The notes under the pieces: model-generated
What the model saw: the letters and a program-made list of their open reading frames with translations, nothing else
Told to the model about the DNA's origin: nothing
Databases searched by the model: none
Made by a program: the position numbers and the translations under genes
Shown: piece by piece, positions 38,626-52,307 of the stretch
Numbering within the stretch: position 1 is the stretch's first letter
Layout of the letters: each line of letters begins with the position of its first letter
Assembly: GCF_018350175.1 (NCBI RefSeq)
Contig: NC_058368.1
Location: 133,178,001 to 133,242,000, forward strand
Length of the DNA stretch: 64,000 nucleotides
Direction of reading: 5' to 3'
Origin: Felis catus
Taxonomy: Eukaryota

Positions 38626-39130
38626 AGATGGGAGTATGAATACATACTATTATTTTAAATAATAGTTCACTGGGTGGAAAAATTTATAGAGGGAACCAAA
38701 AATTAAAGAGAAGATTTTTTTCCTTATAATTGTTGGAAAACATATGCTAGGTGAAAAACCATGAATTTGTGCGATATGCCCTGAAGGTGTGTCTGAAAAC
38801 AAATTGGCTCCCTATAATAATACTGACAGTTACAGTCAGCCACAAGTTTTAGTGCTGATGACATGGTTGAGGTTAGTGCTGATGACATGGTTGAGGTAAG
38901 CAAGGTTTAAGCCATGAGTCCAGAGATGCGTGGCTGCTGCCATATACTGTGCTTGCTCTTCATTGGATGAGGTGGGAAGGTGTCTGGGAAAATACTGAAT
39001 AGAGTTTAAAATTTGGAAACCAAGGTATGGAAGGAGACAGGGAGGCACAGTGAAAAGTCATGAGTTGAAGACCCTGGACTTCATGGGGAGGGGTGGAGAG
39101 CCCCCTTTCTCACTTCTTTCTTGTTTCTTT

Positions 39131-39365
39131 AATTTTTTAAAAATGTTTATTTATTTTTGAGAGAGAAAGAGACAGAGTGCAAGTGGGGTAGGGGCAGAGA
39201 GACAGGGAGACACAGAATCCAAAGCAGGTTCCAGGCTCCAAGCTGTCAGCAGAGAGCCCAATGTGGGGCTTGAACTCATGAACCGCGAGACTTGGACTCA
39301 TGAACCACAAGATCATGACCTGAGCTGAAGTCGGACATTAACTGACTGAACCACCCAGGTGCCCC
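39131..39365 (-). mobile_element. CanSINE with an internal 22-bp duplication
   Basis: TSD acttctttcttgtttcttt at 39112-39130 and 39366-39384. Confidence 0.95.
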
Positions 39366-40169
39366 ACTTCTTTCTTGTTTCTTTTCCTGATATTCGGTCG
39401 GTAAGGAAGGCTCCCAGGAGAGAGGAGCTGCCCCATCATTCATGTTTGGAGATGAGGAGCTGAGGAAGGGGAAGGAAGAGAAGACAATAGCTCCCTTACC
39501 AGTTACCCTCTGAGAGGGCAGTCTCCCCAGTGTCCTCATGGCGCCAGTCATCTCTGTGTGCCTGACACTTAGGATTCATTAATCATTCCATTGGACAGAT
39601 TCATGATGGGCCAACAGGTCAGAGTCACCATCTCTCTTATGACTAGAATGTGAACAGAATTAAATATTTGCAAAAGGCAACAGATGGCTACTTAGAATGG
39701 TCTCACTTACAGTCATTAAATGGGGTCTTTTGAAACCGAGCACCTGGAATACGGACATTCCCTTTCCAGGAAGGAATTATGAGGTTTGCCACATTATCCA
39801 GAACCTGGTTCCCTATGTTCGTCCAGAGTCCCAAGCAATTTTTCCACAATTCTTTGCACCAGGTCACTGTGTATCTCCTCCCTAGCATTGGTGAATCCAC
39901 CATGAATCCTGCTTTCTTCCTCTGTCTCTGTAGCAAAAGGGACTCATCTCATACGGTTAAGATGGGCTGATCTCATTGGTATGCACTAATGTGGGCTGAT
40001 GTACTAATTGTGAGCTCCAGAGAGTAAAGGTAGGCATGCCAGCTGTGGGGCATCTCTAAGGGACACCTGTTTTGTGATGAGAAGCTTCGGCTGCTTTGGG
40101 TGAGCAGAACCATGGGACACGGAGCCAGGAAAAAGGCCAGGGTTCAGAGGTTCTGCCCAATTGCTATCT

Positions 40170-40530
40170 TCTTAGCATCATAGAATCTTACCACAGGGAA
40201 AGATTACAGACACCAGGACTCAATCACATACTCAGTGTTTCATATCTTTGACCTACTCATTCAGCATTTGCTTGCATACTTCTAGTGATGGATATCTCAC
40301 CACCTAGGAAGGAAGTCCCTTTCATTTTGGATCCCTCTCCTGCTATCACTTAAAATTCATCTCCTTGTGACTTTTAATTGATATATGTTCTATTCATGAA
40401 ATAATACAGAACAGTTTTTTTTCCAGATGATAACCCTTTAGGTATACAAAAGGAAGAACAAGTTTCCTCCATCTGTCTCCACCCCTGAAGTCTCCTCTAG
40501 GCTGTGTATCTTTAGTTTCCTAGACATCTC
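40170..40530 (-). mobile_element. CR1/L3-like ancient LINE 3' fragment
   Basis: tcatagaatctt...tttgcttgcatacttctagtgatgg...ctcaccacc...tctcctctaggct. Confidence 0.5.
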
Positions 40531-40562
40531 ATTTGGACACACTGCATTTATCAAGAGTATGA

Positions 40563-40684
40563 GGGATACCTGTGTGGCTCAGTCGGTTGAATGTCTGACT
40601 CTCGATTTTGGCTTGGGTCATGATCACAGGGTAGTGGTATCGAGCCCTAGTTGGGCTCTGCACTGAGCAAGGAGCCTGCTTCGG

Positions 40685-40734
<50 letters not shown>

Positions 40735-40819
40735 CCTCCCTCCCTCCCTCCCTCCCCCTCCCTTTGCCCCTCTCCCCTGCTCGTGCTCTCAGTCTCTCTC
40801 TAAAAAAAAAAAAAAAAAA
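40563..40819 (+). mobile_element. CanSINE with expanded (CT)n/(CCCT)n and poly(A)
   Basis: gggatacctgtgtggctcagtcggttga head; A18 tail. Confidence 0.92.
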
Positions 40820-41012
40820 GTGACAGAGTATCATATAGTGGACAAAGCATAGGCCTTGGAGTCAAACAAGGGCTCTGTAACTACATTAATTTCAGAGCTT
40901 CAGCATTAAAAAGGTCTCTCATATCCATCGTGTCTCTCAGCACTGTCTCCTCTGTGAATCTGGGACTTCACCCTTGTCTGACAACTTCCAGCCCTAGGAG
41001 AACCTTGCTAGG

Positions 41013-41573
41013 GGTGATGGTTCGTTTTATGTGTCATCTTGATTGAGCCATGGATGTTGAGATATTTGGTCAAATATTATTCTGGGTGTTTCTGTGAGGG
41101 TGCTTTTGGAAGGGATTAACACTTAAATCTGTAGACTGAGCAAAGCAAATTGGCCTTCCCAATGTGAGTGGGCCTTATCCAATCGGTTGAAGGCATGAAT
41201 ACAACAAAAAGGCTGACCCTCCCCCAGTAAGAGAATTATTGACTAACTGCCTTTAGTAGACACGGGCTTTCTTTCTGCCTTCAGACTCCATCTGAAACAT
41301 TAGCTCTTCCTGGGTCTGAAGACTGCCAGCCTGTAGACTGGACCCATACCATTGGCTTTCCTGGTCCTCAGACCTTCAGACTCTGATGAAAAGAAATCAT
41401 TAGTTCTCTTGGGTCATTGACTTACAATGCAGATCATGGGATTTGTCGTTTCTATAATCATTGGTTCAATTTCTTATAATACATCTATCTATCTATCTAT
41501 CTATCTATCATCTATCTATCTATCTACTAAAATCCTGTTTGTTCTCTTTCTCTGGAGAACCCTGATTGATACC
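41013..41573 (+). mobile_element. MLT2B/D-like ERVL solo LTR
   Basis: gtgatggttcgttttatgtgtcatcttga...atatttggtcaaatattattctgggtgtttctgtgagggtg...ctctggagaaccctgattgatac; internal (TCTA)n. Confidence 0.88.
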
Positions 41574-41627
41574 CAGGGGAAGTTGCATTCTACATTGACT
41601 GAGAATCATCATTCAATACACTAAAAG

Positions 41628-41698
41628 AGTGGTGAGCAAACAATGGCTGTTTTTCTTTTTTTATTTTTTAAGAGAAAGAGAGGGGGCTGGGGTGGGGG

Positions 41699-41742
<44 letters not shown>

Positions 41743-42170
41743 GATAATGAATTGGGGAGAGTAAGAGGGAGAGGGAGAGAAACTCTTAATCAGAGAATCT
41801 TAATCCATTTTGGGCATCATGACTGTGAGGTTATGACCCAAGCCAAAATCAAGAGTCTGATGCTTAATAGACTGAGCCACACAGGTGCCCCCACTTCCTG
41901 TTTTAAATAGAGTTTTACTGCAACACAACCATGTCTATATATCTATATATCTATGTATCTATTTATATCTGTATATATGTATCTATATATCTATATCTAT
42001 ATCTATATCTATATCTATATCTGTATATGTATATGTATATGTATATGTATGGCTTCTTTCACATTACAGTGGCAGAGGGGAATCATTTTGGCATAAATCA
42101 TGTCTTCTGCAAAGCCTAAAATATTTATTATCTGGATTTTTCCAGAAAAAAAAAGTTTGCTGACTTTTGT
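41628..42170 (+). mobile_element. MER58-like hAT-Charlie element split by a CanSINE and a (TCTATA)n/(TATG)n microsatellite
   Basis: gttttactgcaacacaaccatg...ctgcaaagcctaaaatatttattatctgg...aaaagtttgctgac. Confidence 0.7.
41650..41892 (-). mobile_element. CanSINE (diverged)
   Basis: (GA)n, then atgacccaagccaaaatcaagagtctgatgcttaatagactgagccacacaggtgcccc. Confidence 0.88.
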
Positions 42171-42624
42171 TTTACAATATAGTTGTTTGGTCTACCTTGC
42201 CCTTTCATGTTCATTTTCTCTTTTTTGACTTGCTTCTTTTCTTTATTGTCCATCTCTAAAATGTGGGCATGTCCGTCTCTGACCTTGGAGCATTTAGCTC
42301 CAAGCTGGTTTCTGGCATGTCACTTAGGAGTCACTGCATTAGAGAAGATGAATTATTTCTAGAACCATTTGCTTATTGGTCTAGAATTCCTAGTTCTACC
42401 ACTATCAACTATAGATCAAAATATGAGGAAACAGACTTACAGTAAGCTGAGAGATTGAGGTGAGATGTAAGAAAGAACTTCTCAATGATACTGGTACCTA
42501 CAGGTATCATTACCTTCTGAAATTCAGGAATTGTACCTAGACAGCCTTGAGATTGGCTCAGGAGTAATCTGCATCATTTAATTCACGTGTGATTCTGTTC
42601 TGAGCTGGAAGAATAGATTAGATC

Positions 42625-42960
42625 TGTGTTTTCCAAAACGTAGTATGGTTTGCATCCAACTAATAGTATATAAGATAATTTTAGATAAGTGGATCAACAT
42701 TCCTTATTTTAATACTAATATCCTAATTTTAATTATTAAAGAAATATTCCAATTTTAATGTATATTAGAAAAAATTATAACTTGGCCATCTAAGTTTTAA
42801 TTTTATGGTGATTAATGCCTAGAAGTGGACTAGACAAAAACTAATCAATATGCAATTGATTTAAAGAAAATAGTAAATAAATAAAATTATAGGTATTATG
42901 CAGAAATGGCAAAAATCATCAAGGTGGAGCACAAATGAGTGAGGCTGGGGAAATACTGGA
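42625..42960. mobile_element. MER103-like hAT remnant
   Basis: ctgtgttttccaaaa start; aatggcaaaaatcatcaaggtgg...ggggaaatactg end. Confidence 0.55.
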
Positions 42961-43897
42961 CTCAGCCAAAGGGCTCCTACGCTCATCTCTTGCTTCTGTG
43001 ACCTTGATAAGAGTTTCAACATAATATAGGTCTTTGAGGTCTCTTTCTTCCCCACCCCCATTGGAGTGATTGGAGAGATTTGCCTGGCTAATGTGATTTT
43101 CTGGTGTTTGGTGCTGAGGCCCTGCAGCCGACCTGGGTAATGAAGAGCTCATCTCCCTGGCAGTGGAGGCAGCTTATCATCTGCGGTAAGGCGAGTGATG
43201 CACGGCGGCTGATGAAGATCGAATGGCCAGGCCTGCAGTGTTATTAATGCCAGCACTGGATCTGTGTGCATCTGCAAGTGGAACAAAGTGAGATGCCCTT
43301 CACTTAAGCCCACGAGGACAATGAAAGCCCGCATGCTGCTTGGATGGAAGCCAGAATGGGGCCTGTTGTCAGAGTTAAGAAATTCATCAGAGATCTCTTA
43401 GCAAGGACTGAAAAGAAAAAGAAAGATGGATGTGCATTGCTCAAGCGACAGCAAATTAAAACTTCGTCCCTTGCTCTAGAATGCACTTAGGTCCCTGCTT
43501 CTCCAGCAGATTTAGGATACAGAGGCCTGAAAGGGTCCTGTGAATGCTTGTGATTCTCTGGCCACAGCACGGCCTTTCTCCTGAGCCATGGGCCTGCTTG
43601 CATTCTAGGGTCAGACACAAGGCCTCTCGGGACATTTCTGTACAGATATTAGAATTCTGAACGTGGGGATGTGTTGCCAAAAGAGGATCAAAGTGTGAAC
43701 ACCACTGACAGGGTAAAGTGATAGTTGGGATCCAGATGATAGTAAGATACCTGGTGCAAAGTTTGCAAATTTAAAGGAGTGGGGGTGGTAAGGCAGTTCA
43801 CATAATTTGAAGTGGGTCAGGAGTGTGTGGCAATGGGAAGTGCTAGAGGTCCTGGCATCCTGGGCGCCTGTGCCCCATTTAAAGTGGGCAGCCATTA

Positions 43898-44367
43898 TTT
43901 TTTGTTTTTTGTTTTTATTAATTTTTAAATTTTGATTTCAGTATAGTTAATATGCAGTGTTATATTAGTTTCAGGTATACAGTGTAGTGATCCAACACTT
44001 CCATACATCACCCAGGGCTCATCATGACAAGTGTGCACCTTAATCCCCATCACTTACTTCATCCATCCCTCCACCCACCTCTGCTCTGGTAACCATCAAT
44101 TTGCTCTCTGTAACTGAGGTAACTATCTGTTATTTCTCTCAAGTTGTTCTCTATAGTTGAGAGTGTGTTTCTTGGTTTGTGTCTCTCTCACTGTCTTTTT
44201 TTCCCCCTTTGCTTGTTTGGTTTCTTAAATTCCTCAGATGAGTGAAATCGTATGCTATTTGTCTTTCTCTGACTCACTTATTTGACTTAGCATTATACTC
44301 TCTAGCTCTATCCATGTTGTTGCAAATGGTAAGACTTCCTCATTTCTTATGGCTGAATAATATGCCG

Positions 44368-44413
<46 letters not shown>

Positions 44414-44575
44414 GTATGTATATATATACATATATACATATATACATATATATGTATATATGTATATATACGTATATATATACATATATATATGTATATA
44501 TATATCTCACATCTTCTTTATCCATCTATCAGTGAACATTTGGGCTGCTTCCATATCTTGGCTGTCGTAAATAAC
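43898..44575 (-). mobile_element. Carnivore L1 3' end with an expanded (TA)n/(TATG)n microsatellite (44372-44504)
   Basis: agtatagttaatatgcagtgttatattagtttcaggtatacag...ttagcattatactctctagctctatccatgttgttgcaaatgg; degenerate TSD cagccatta / cagcccattg. Confidence 0.9.
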
Positions 44576-44765
44576 ACCAGCCCATTGTTATGAAGAGGGA
44601 ATCCAGGCCCTTGTTCCTATATCTCCTGAGGTTTCAAGGGAAGCCGCATTAAAAAATATATAAAATATCTCAATTAAAAAAATTTTTTTAAGGAGTAAAG
44701 AAAAATAAAACACAAGGCTGATGACACAAAATATGTACATGGCTTGTGTATGACCTGTGGGTCTC

Positions 44766-45092
44766 TGTGGTAAACAGAAGGTTGGCACCCCAAGATATCT
44801 CTGTCCTAATTTCCAGGACTTGTGAATATGTTATGTTACATGGCAAAGGAGAATCCAGATTGCAGATGCAATTAAATTGCTAATCAGCTGAATTTGAGAT
44901 GAGGAGATTATCTTCGAGTATCATGGTGAACCCAGTGTCATCACAGGGGTCCTTAAAATTGGAAGAGGGAGGACAGAAGAGTTGCTGTCCAAGTGATAGG
45001 TGTGAGAAAGAACCAGTGTGATGTTGCTGGTTTTGAGAATGGAAGGAGACTAGGAGCCAAGGACTGGAGGTGGCTTCTGGAAGCTAGAAAGA
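44766..45092 (+). mobile_element. MLT1D-like MaLR LTR (partial)
   Basis: tgtggtaaacagaa...acttgtgaatatgttatgttacatggcaaagg...gcttctggaagctagaaa. Confidence 0.8.
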
Positions 45093-45194
45093 GTAGATCT
45101 GAGACACACAGCTCTGTCTTGGGGGCAGTTTTGGAGCAACAACCTATAGGATTTCTGGGTCAGTAGTAATTAGCTTACCATGGTGGAGATTCCT

Positions 45195-45520
45195 CAGTGC
45201 TCAACTGTATTTCTCAGTCTCCCTTGCAGCTGGGTTGGGGTCACAGGGCCAATGGGATGTACGCTCAAGTGATACAGGCTATTTCCAGGCCTGGTGCTTC
45301 AATAAACCCAAATGATGTCCGGCTCCTCTCTCTCTTTCTCCTCTTTCTCTTTCTCTCCCCCCCCACCAACCCCTGCTACTATGGTGACCCTGGAGGCTTT
45401 GCATTCTAGATGATATAGTTATGAGATGGAGGAGGGCTGTCCTTCCTGTGTTGTGAACAAGAAATAAACTTTCATTTTGTTGAACCAGTAACATTTTAGG
45501 ATTGTCTGTAGCAGTGTTAC
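45195..45520 (+). mobile_element. MLT1J-like MaLR LTR
   Basis: actgtatttctcagtctcccttgcagctggg...agaaataaactttcattttgttgaacca. Confidence 0.6.
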
Positions 45521-48199
45521 CTACTCATCAGGTATTAAGTCTAAATATGGACCAAATGAGATGGGGGAGTGAATGTGGACAGATAAGTGATTTGGGAACC
45601 CAGGAGGGAGTATGTGTGTGATGTTTCAGAGCATAACCCTGATTTCCAAGTGTGACCTATAAACCTCTAATAGGAACAGAGCATATGTATATGGGAAATA
45701 GAAGAACACTTTTAAACTTTTAATAGGCATACATTTATTTGATTATACATTAGAAAACATTTTACCCAGTGTGTATGCCCACTCTGTAATTTCACAGATA
45801 TTTTTTGCTTACGAGTCAACTAGAAGTAGACTTAAAGAAAAATATTAAATAATAAATATGCAAATGATACATGGAAATGGAATAAAACTGTGAAGGTGGC
45901 ATTTGAATTACTGGAATTTAGGGACTATGAAAGTAGGCCATAGGAAAACAGAGGAGGCTTGGTATATATTTCTGAAAAGAACAGGCAGCTGCCATGGTTT
46001 TTGCTATGGGTAAGTCACATATTTAGCTCTAACATTTGAGGACTTAAGGGGGACCTAAAATAACCAGCTTCTTGTTGCCTTTATAATGATGCTTAACTTC
46101 CTCAGGCTGGCATTCAAGACCTTCTAGATGTCTAGCATATAACAGTAACTTAACTTGCCAGTTTAATTTCTATTGGCCTCTGTCCATGATTCTACCACTT
46201 AATTCCACCCACCTTGCAAGCCACAGCTCAAATTTCATTTCCTCCATGAGGTTTTACCTTATTGCCCCCAAGTAAAAATGATCTCACCCTCTTTAAAAGT
46301 CTTAGGGTACCTATTCCTGCTAACCACCAGACATACTCTCTTGAAGTAGAGTTATTTGTATAAATGTCTTGCCTTCCCATTTAAATTATAGGCTCCTGGA
46401 TAAGATTGAACTTATTCTTACAATATTTCTTTGAATCTTTCACCCTTCCAGATAATTTTCAGTAACTTTTTGTTGTAACATGTTTGTTGTAACTTTTTGT
46501 TGTAAAATATCTGTTTCTCATGCTTCAGAGATTTTCAAAGCACAAGCCAAAAATTTCTGGATATAGCAGAATGGAGCTGTACTATGACATGAGGGTGATT
46601 TAATGAGCTTTCTGTTTGAAGAAACTTCTAGGCTCTAATGAAGATGTCTGTTGGGAGCGCCATGACGCTTGCTAGTACCTCATTTATTCAAAGGGTCATG
46701 TTGGTGAAATGCTTTCAGGCAGGATGTTAAAGTAATGGTAAAGTAATGCTGAAACAAATAGACTTCAAAATTAAATAATAGAATTTTAATCTCACTTATA
46801 TAATAGTGACAGCAAACCAGCTCCTCATCCTGGTTATCCAGGGACCTAGATTCCTTCCATTGCTTGGTTTAGCCATTCTCTCAGTCATGTAATCATCTGC
46901 ATCCAGTTGGAAGATTATAAAAGAGAATGAGAAGCAGGTACTCCCACTTTTCAAAAACTGTGGTCAGGAAATCACACACACACATGATTCAAGCTTGCAC
47001 TCTCTGGGTGAAAACTTGTCACATGGTCATATCTAGATGTCAAGGGGATAGGATAGTAACCCCTAGGTACTTCTTATCACAATCCTTAATTAAGGATTGG
47101 AGAGTCTGGGTGGATGGCTAACTATCTCTGGCACACAGCTAAGGCTAGCCCATCAGCTGTCTTCCAAGTTTGGCCACCACTTAATTTGATTTACAAGAAA
47201 ATGTGGAAGAGTTTGGGAAATAACAGGAACAACAGATGAAAACGCAGTGGAATAGGATTACCTGAGAAATATGTAAAGCATAAACAAAGCCCATCTGGGT
47301 CCCTAAATTCCTGTCTTCATCTTTTAGGAGATGAAGAAAGACCTAGCACCAGTCCTAGCATCCAAGTATGTTGAATTCTGGAATAGGGAAGAATGGTAGA
47401 GTGTGGCTCTTCTAACCTGTGTGCTTCTAAGAAGAGTCATTTGGGGATTTTGGCCAACTGGGAGAGCACGGTTGCCAGGCACTTCCATCTGACTCCTGGC
47501 CATGCTCCACTGCTTCTGTGACTGCTGGGTATGGGAGAGAAGAACTGATAGCATTCGCTGACTTTTAGGGGGAACCCTGTATTTTTTTTTATTGCATTTT
47601 CACCTGTTCTCTTATTTGAACTTGGTGATAATTTGGTTTAATAGGGAATATTACCATTTAATAGACTAGAAAAGTGAGGTGTGGAAATGACCCAAGACCT
47701 CACATGAGTGTCTGAGTCAGGACTAGACCCTAAATCTTCTGAGTCTATATTCAAGGCCCATTTCATTACAACACAATCTTCCCTCTGGGAAACAGGTGAC
47801 TTCTGGTAAAAATGTGAAGTAGGTCAGTTCTGTCCTTCAGTCTTCCACATTTTCTTTTCTGTGACCTTTTGCTCTCTCACATATCAGTTCCCTAATTTTA
47901 ATCAAAACTTGCTCTGATCCCTGTGTACTATGCCTCTCCTGGAGGCAGTGGCATTTTTTCCTGGGCTAAATAGAGATGTGGCTCTATTAGTGGGCATCCT
48001 GTGGGAGGACATTGGTGAGCCTGAGGGCCTGTCCCAGTGCCTAGGAAACACAATTAAACATTCGCAGTCTTCATAAAGCCACTCTGGCTTCAGCCACCAT
48101 TATCGTAACCATCATTACTTGTCAGAGCATAAATCACAGAAGTCAAATTTCATAGCTGCGAAGGATTTTAGAAATTACCCAATCCAGCTTTTTATGATT

Positions 48200-49440
48200 G
48201 GGTAATAAATATCTGAGTACTTGAAAAAGCGCTCACTCCCAGTAGTGATCAGAGCAAAGCAATTAAAACAATAAGACAAGGTTTGTCCCTATCAGGTTGG
48301 CAAAAACAAAAACATGTCCAGTATGAGCAGGCATGTGGGAAAATTTCACTCTCTTGTATAGTGTTGTATGAGTGTAGATTAGTAGCAACTTTTGCTGGTA
48401 CAATAGCACATTTCAAGGCAAAAATTGGATCAGTGCAAAATGAAAAAGCAAAATTTTAAATAGCAAAAAAATTTAAGGCAAAATTAAATTGGCCCACCAA
48501 TTACATGTGCATGAATCCTCATACCTGTGGAGGTATACAAAGTTATGTGTTCATGAATTATCAAGATTAATTGTAATAATGAAAAAATAAAGAAAATATA
48601 AATATATTTTAATAGAGGATGTGTTAAATTCATCAGTGAACATTAATATTGCTGTGCCGTGGGATATTGTGTAGTTATTAAAATTAATGAATTAATTCAT
48701 TAAAAATCATGAATTAGAAATGTAAAATGGATAACACTTGGCATTTCCTCAGAAAGTTGAGCAAAGAGTTACCATATAACCCAGCAGGATAGACCCAAGA
48801 GTATTGAAACATATGTTCACATAGACATTCACTTGAATGTGAATGTTCACAGCAACATTATTCCTACTAGCTAAAAAGTGAAAATAACTCAAACGCCCAT
48901 CAGCTGATGAATGGGAAAGCAAAAGGTGGTATATTCATACAGTGGAATATAACTCAGCCATAAAAAGGAACGAAAGCTTTGATTCATGCTACCTTTATGC
49001 TAAGTAAAACATTATGCTGAGTAAAAAAAGCCAGACACAAAAGGCTGCATATTGTACGATTCCATTTATATGAAATGTCCAGAATAGACAAATCCACAGA
49101 GATAGAGAAGTAGAATGTTCATTTTTAAGGAATGGGAAGAAGGAAGAAATGGAGAGTAACTAATAATGAATCCAGGGTTTCTTAGGGCAGTGATGAAAAT
49201 GTTCTGGAATTAGGTAGTGCTGATGGCTGCAAAACCTTGTGAACAATATAGTAAAAGCCACTGAATTGTATACTTAAGAGGATGAATTTTATGTCATGTG
49301 AATTATTAAAAGAAAAAGGATGTGTTAGATCTATTCGTCTAAAATACAAGGTTGTCCCTGATACACTGTAGGGTTAAAGAACAAGTGGTTGAACAATATA
49401 TAGCTTACTTTTATGACATAATATAACATAACAAAACTAT
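48200..49440 (+). mobile_element. Old L1 3' fragments (an L1MB-like copy at ~48705-49310 inside an older L1M)
   Basis: gagttaccatataacccagca...gccagacacaaaaggctgcatattgtacgattccatttatatgaaatgtccagaatagacaaatc...ccactgaattgtatactt. Confidence 0.8.
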
Positions 49441-49997
49441 ATCAGTTATTGTCCAACCAGAAAGATATAAAGCTCTATAAATATTTAAAAGAGAGGGAGT
49501 TTAATATAGGGCATTTCTTACAAAGGTAAAAATCACCTTTATATTGGAGAGACAAAGTTAAGAGACTGTATTACTAGAGCCCAGGTGCTAGGTCTCTAAT
49601 GTGGAGGTCTGTTCCATGGGTGGGGGCTGAAGCCATAGAGGAATTAAAACTATCAGAGATGCCAGTGGGAGCAGGGTGAGTGGGGGAAAAATACTTTGGC
49701 TTCTTTCTTCCCACCTTCCTATCTTCTCCTATCATCACCTATTGGTCATTTCTACTCAGGAACCAGGAGGAAAGAGAGCCTAAGAAATGTTGTAGCTCCA
49801 GAAGTACAGAATAGAGCAACAGAGGAACAGAGAGTGGATATTAAGAAAACAGGCTTAACCTGTATGGTATGTTTCTTTTAAGACCTGGCATCCATCTTGT
49901 TAGATCTGACACAAGGCACGTGTCATATAAACCAAAGATGTTCTCACTCTCTCAACAAGGGGAGACTCAAGTCCTGTCAGTTGTCATTATCCATTTC

Positions 49998-50226
49998 TTT
50001 TTTTTTTTTTTAATTTTTTTTTTCAACTTTTATTTATTTTTGGGACAGAGAGAGACAGAGCATGAACGGGGGAGGGGCAGAGAGAGAGGGAGACACAGAA
50101 TCAGAAACAGGCTCCAGGCTCTGAGCCATCAGCCCAGAGCCTGATGCGGGGCTCGAACCCACGGACCGCGAGATCTTGACCTGGCTGAAGTCGGACGCTT
50201 AACCGACTGCGCCACCCAGGCGCCCC
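49998..50226 (-). mobile_element. Young CanSINE (SINEC_Fc)
   Basis: Many CpGs retained; perfect TSD gtcattatccatttc at 49983-49997 and 50227-50241. Confidence 0.97.
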
Positions 50227-52085
50227 GTCATTATCCATTTCAAGTACATACGTTCTAGTTGATATTATCTTTCCCAAAGGTATCGACGTGGCTTCTCATA
50301 CTCTGGTGGCTTATTGACTTAATTGTAAAGTTAAACACCACCACCAATTATCCTGAAAGATAGGAGAATATGAAAAAAAGGAGAAATAAATAAATAATAT
50401 AACTAAATATTCAACCATCATTTCTGTAACTGGTCATGAGACCACAGTTGATATTTATCATGGTTGATATTTATCATTCTTCTACCACCCATACCCTCTT
50501 GACTTCCGCCTAGCTAGCACTCCACCGGATTGGGGGTCTTGTCCTATTGGGGTGACAAAAATCACAATTCGCAGTGGCTCCGACTCTTTAATGGGCACTC
50601 CTTTATTGGATTGCTGTATTCTATTGATTTTTATTTGGAAGCACTAATAGGTACCCAAGATTATCCTCTCCAGTGATGGCTTATCTGCCTCCCAATTTCC
50701 CCTTGGTTTTTGAAATCAACCCCATTCTCTGTCTGTTGACCCAGTGACTCGAGGAAATGCAAATAACTGGATGGCAGTCTCCCCTTCTTTTTCTCTGTGG
50801 AAGGCTTGGAAAAAACTCCAAGATTTCAGGGGCAGGAAGAAACCTCTGGAAATGTATATAATAGTGAATAGGACCAGTCCTCACCCCTCAGTTCTCCAGC
50901 CCAAGTGTTCTGGCTACAGGGAAAGAGCATCAGCCATTTATTGCAGTGTAAAGCATAAATTGGATCCTATAGGATGGTACCCAAATTCCCAGGATGCTGT
51001 CTCCCAGCTGGCACTCTGGGTCTGTAACAAACCATTCTATCTGGCCAGCTTCTTCTGGTCAATTGAATTCCATGAGTATGAAGCCATTGTTGCATCCCCT
51101 TCACTATAAAATGTATTACTTGCTCAGAATGTATGAAATACCATGTTGATAAATGAGGCATTCCCTAAATCCACGGACATTGGTTCTGACAAATATGCAA
51201 AGCTCATTACACCAGGGAAGTCCGAGCATCTTGATGTAATTGAATGTAGGCAGTTGAATCCAAGTTTCTATCAACCAATCAAGGAAACTGTTGGAACTGT
51301 TTTCTGCTACATGATTCAGATCATTAAGTCTGGAATCTTGAATAAGTGTGCTCTTATTGACAATTCAGTTTCATCTGATGTTAGTTTTTATTCCTTGGCT
51401 GTCACCCATAGAATCTGATTGCACACTTGTTCTCCAGGTTCCCACTGATAAGAATTATCAAGATCTTACTTTTCCTCTGATGTATAAAATATCTTTTCCC
51501 AGAGCATTCTTTGTGATTCTGCTCCTAGTGGGATTGATTCCCATTTATGAATCCAGAGGCAACAAGAACTAGTAGGAGTGGTGTTGAAGAGAACAATATC
51601 CCATTGCAAGAAGCTTCCTGGAGTGAGATCATTACATTTAAGTAGGGGAAATCTTGTTTCCACAGATAGGGGAAGATGGACTGTCTCCACAGGAGAGGGA
51701 AGTTGAGAGGGTTTGATGGTTCAAGGTTCTAAGTGTGTCAACCTATCCAAATGTCACCTCTCAAGGGTCAGGATCCCAGTCATTCTCAAATAATGCTCTG
51801 ACATTAACATATGAGACATGGCTAGGTTTCACGTTCAGCTTACAATGTGATTCTGCAACATGTGCAGTTAGATTCGGGCCCAAATCTTCACACATGTCTA
51901 CCCAGTGGCTAACGCAAAGTAAGAGATTCTTTTAAATACACCAAAGTAACTCATTGGTTCTGTAGCTGTGCCCGAGCTTATAGTTTCCTTCTGTAAGCTC
52001 TCAGCACCTTTGGAAGCAGAAGGCCACCTAACAGCTTGTAACCAGTTGAGTGAGGGAGTTATTTGATTTCCCAAAGCCTTGTCTT

Positions 52086-52307
52086 TTTAAATTTTTTTTT
52101 TCAACGTTTTTTATTTATTTTTGGGACAGAGAGAGACACAGCATGAACGGGGGAGGGGCAGAGAGAGAGGGAGACACAGAATCGGAAACAGGCTCCAGGC
52201 TCCGAGCCATCAGCCCAGAGCCTGACACGGGGCTCGAACTCCCAGACCGCGAGATCGTGACCTGGCTGAAGTCAGACGCTTAACCGACTGCGCCACCCAG
52301 GCGGCCC
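52086..52307 (-). mobile_element. Young CanSINE (SINEC_Fc)
   Basis: TSD ccaaagccttgtctt at 52071-52085 and 52308-52322. Confidence 0.97.
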
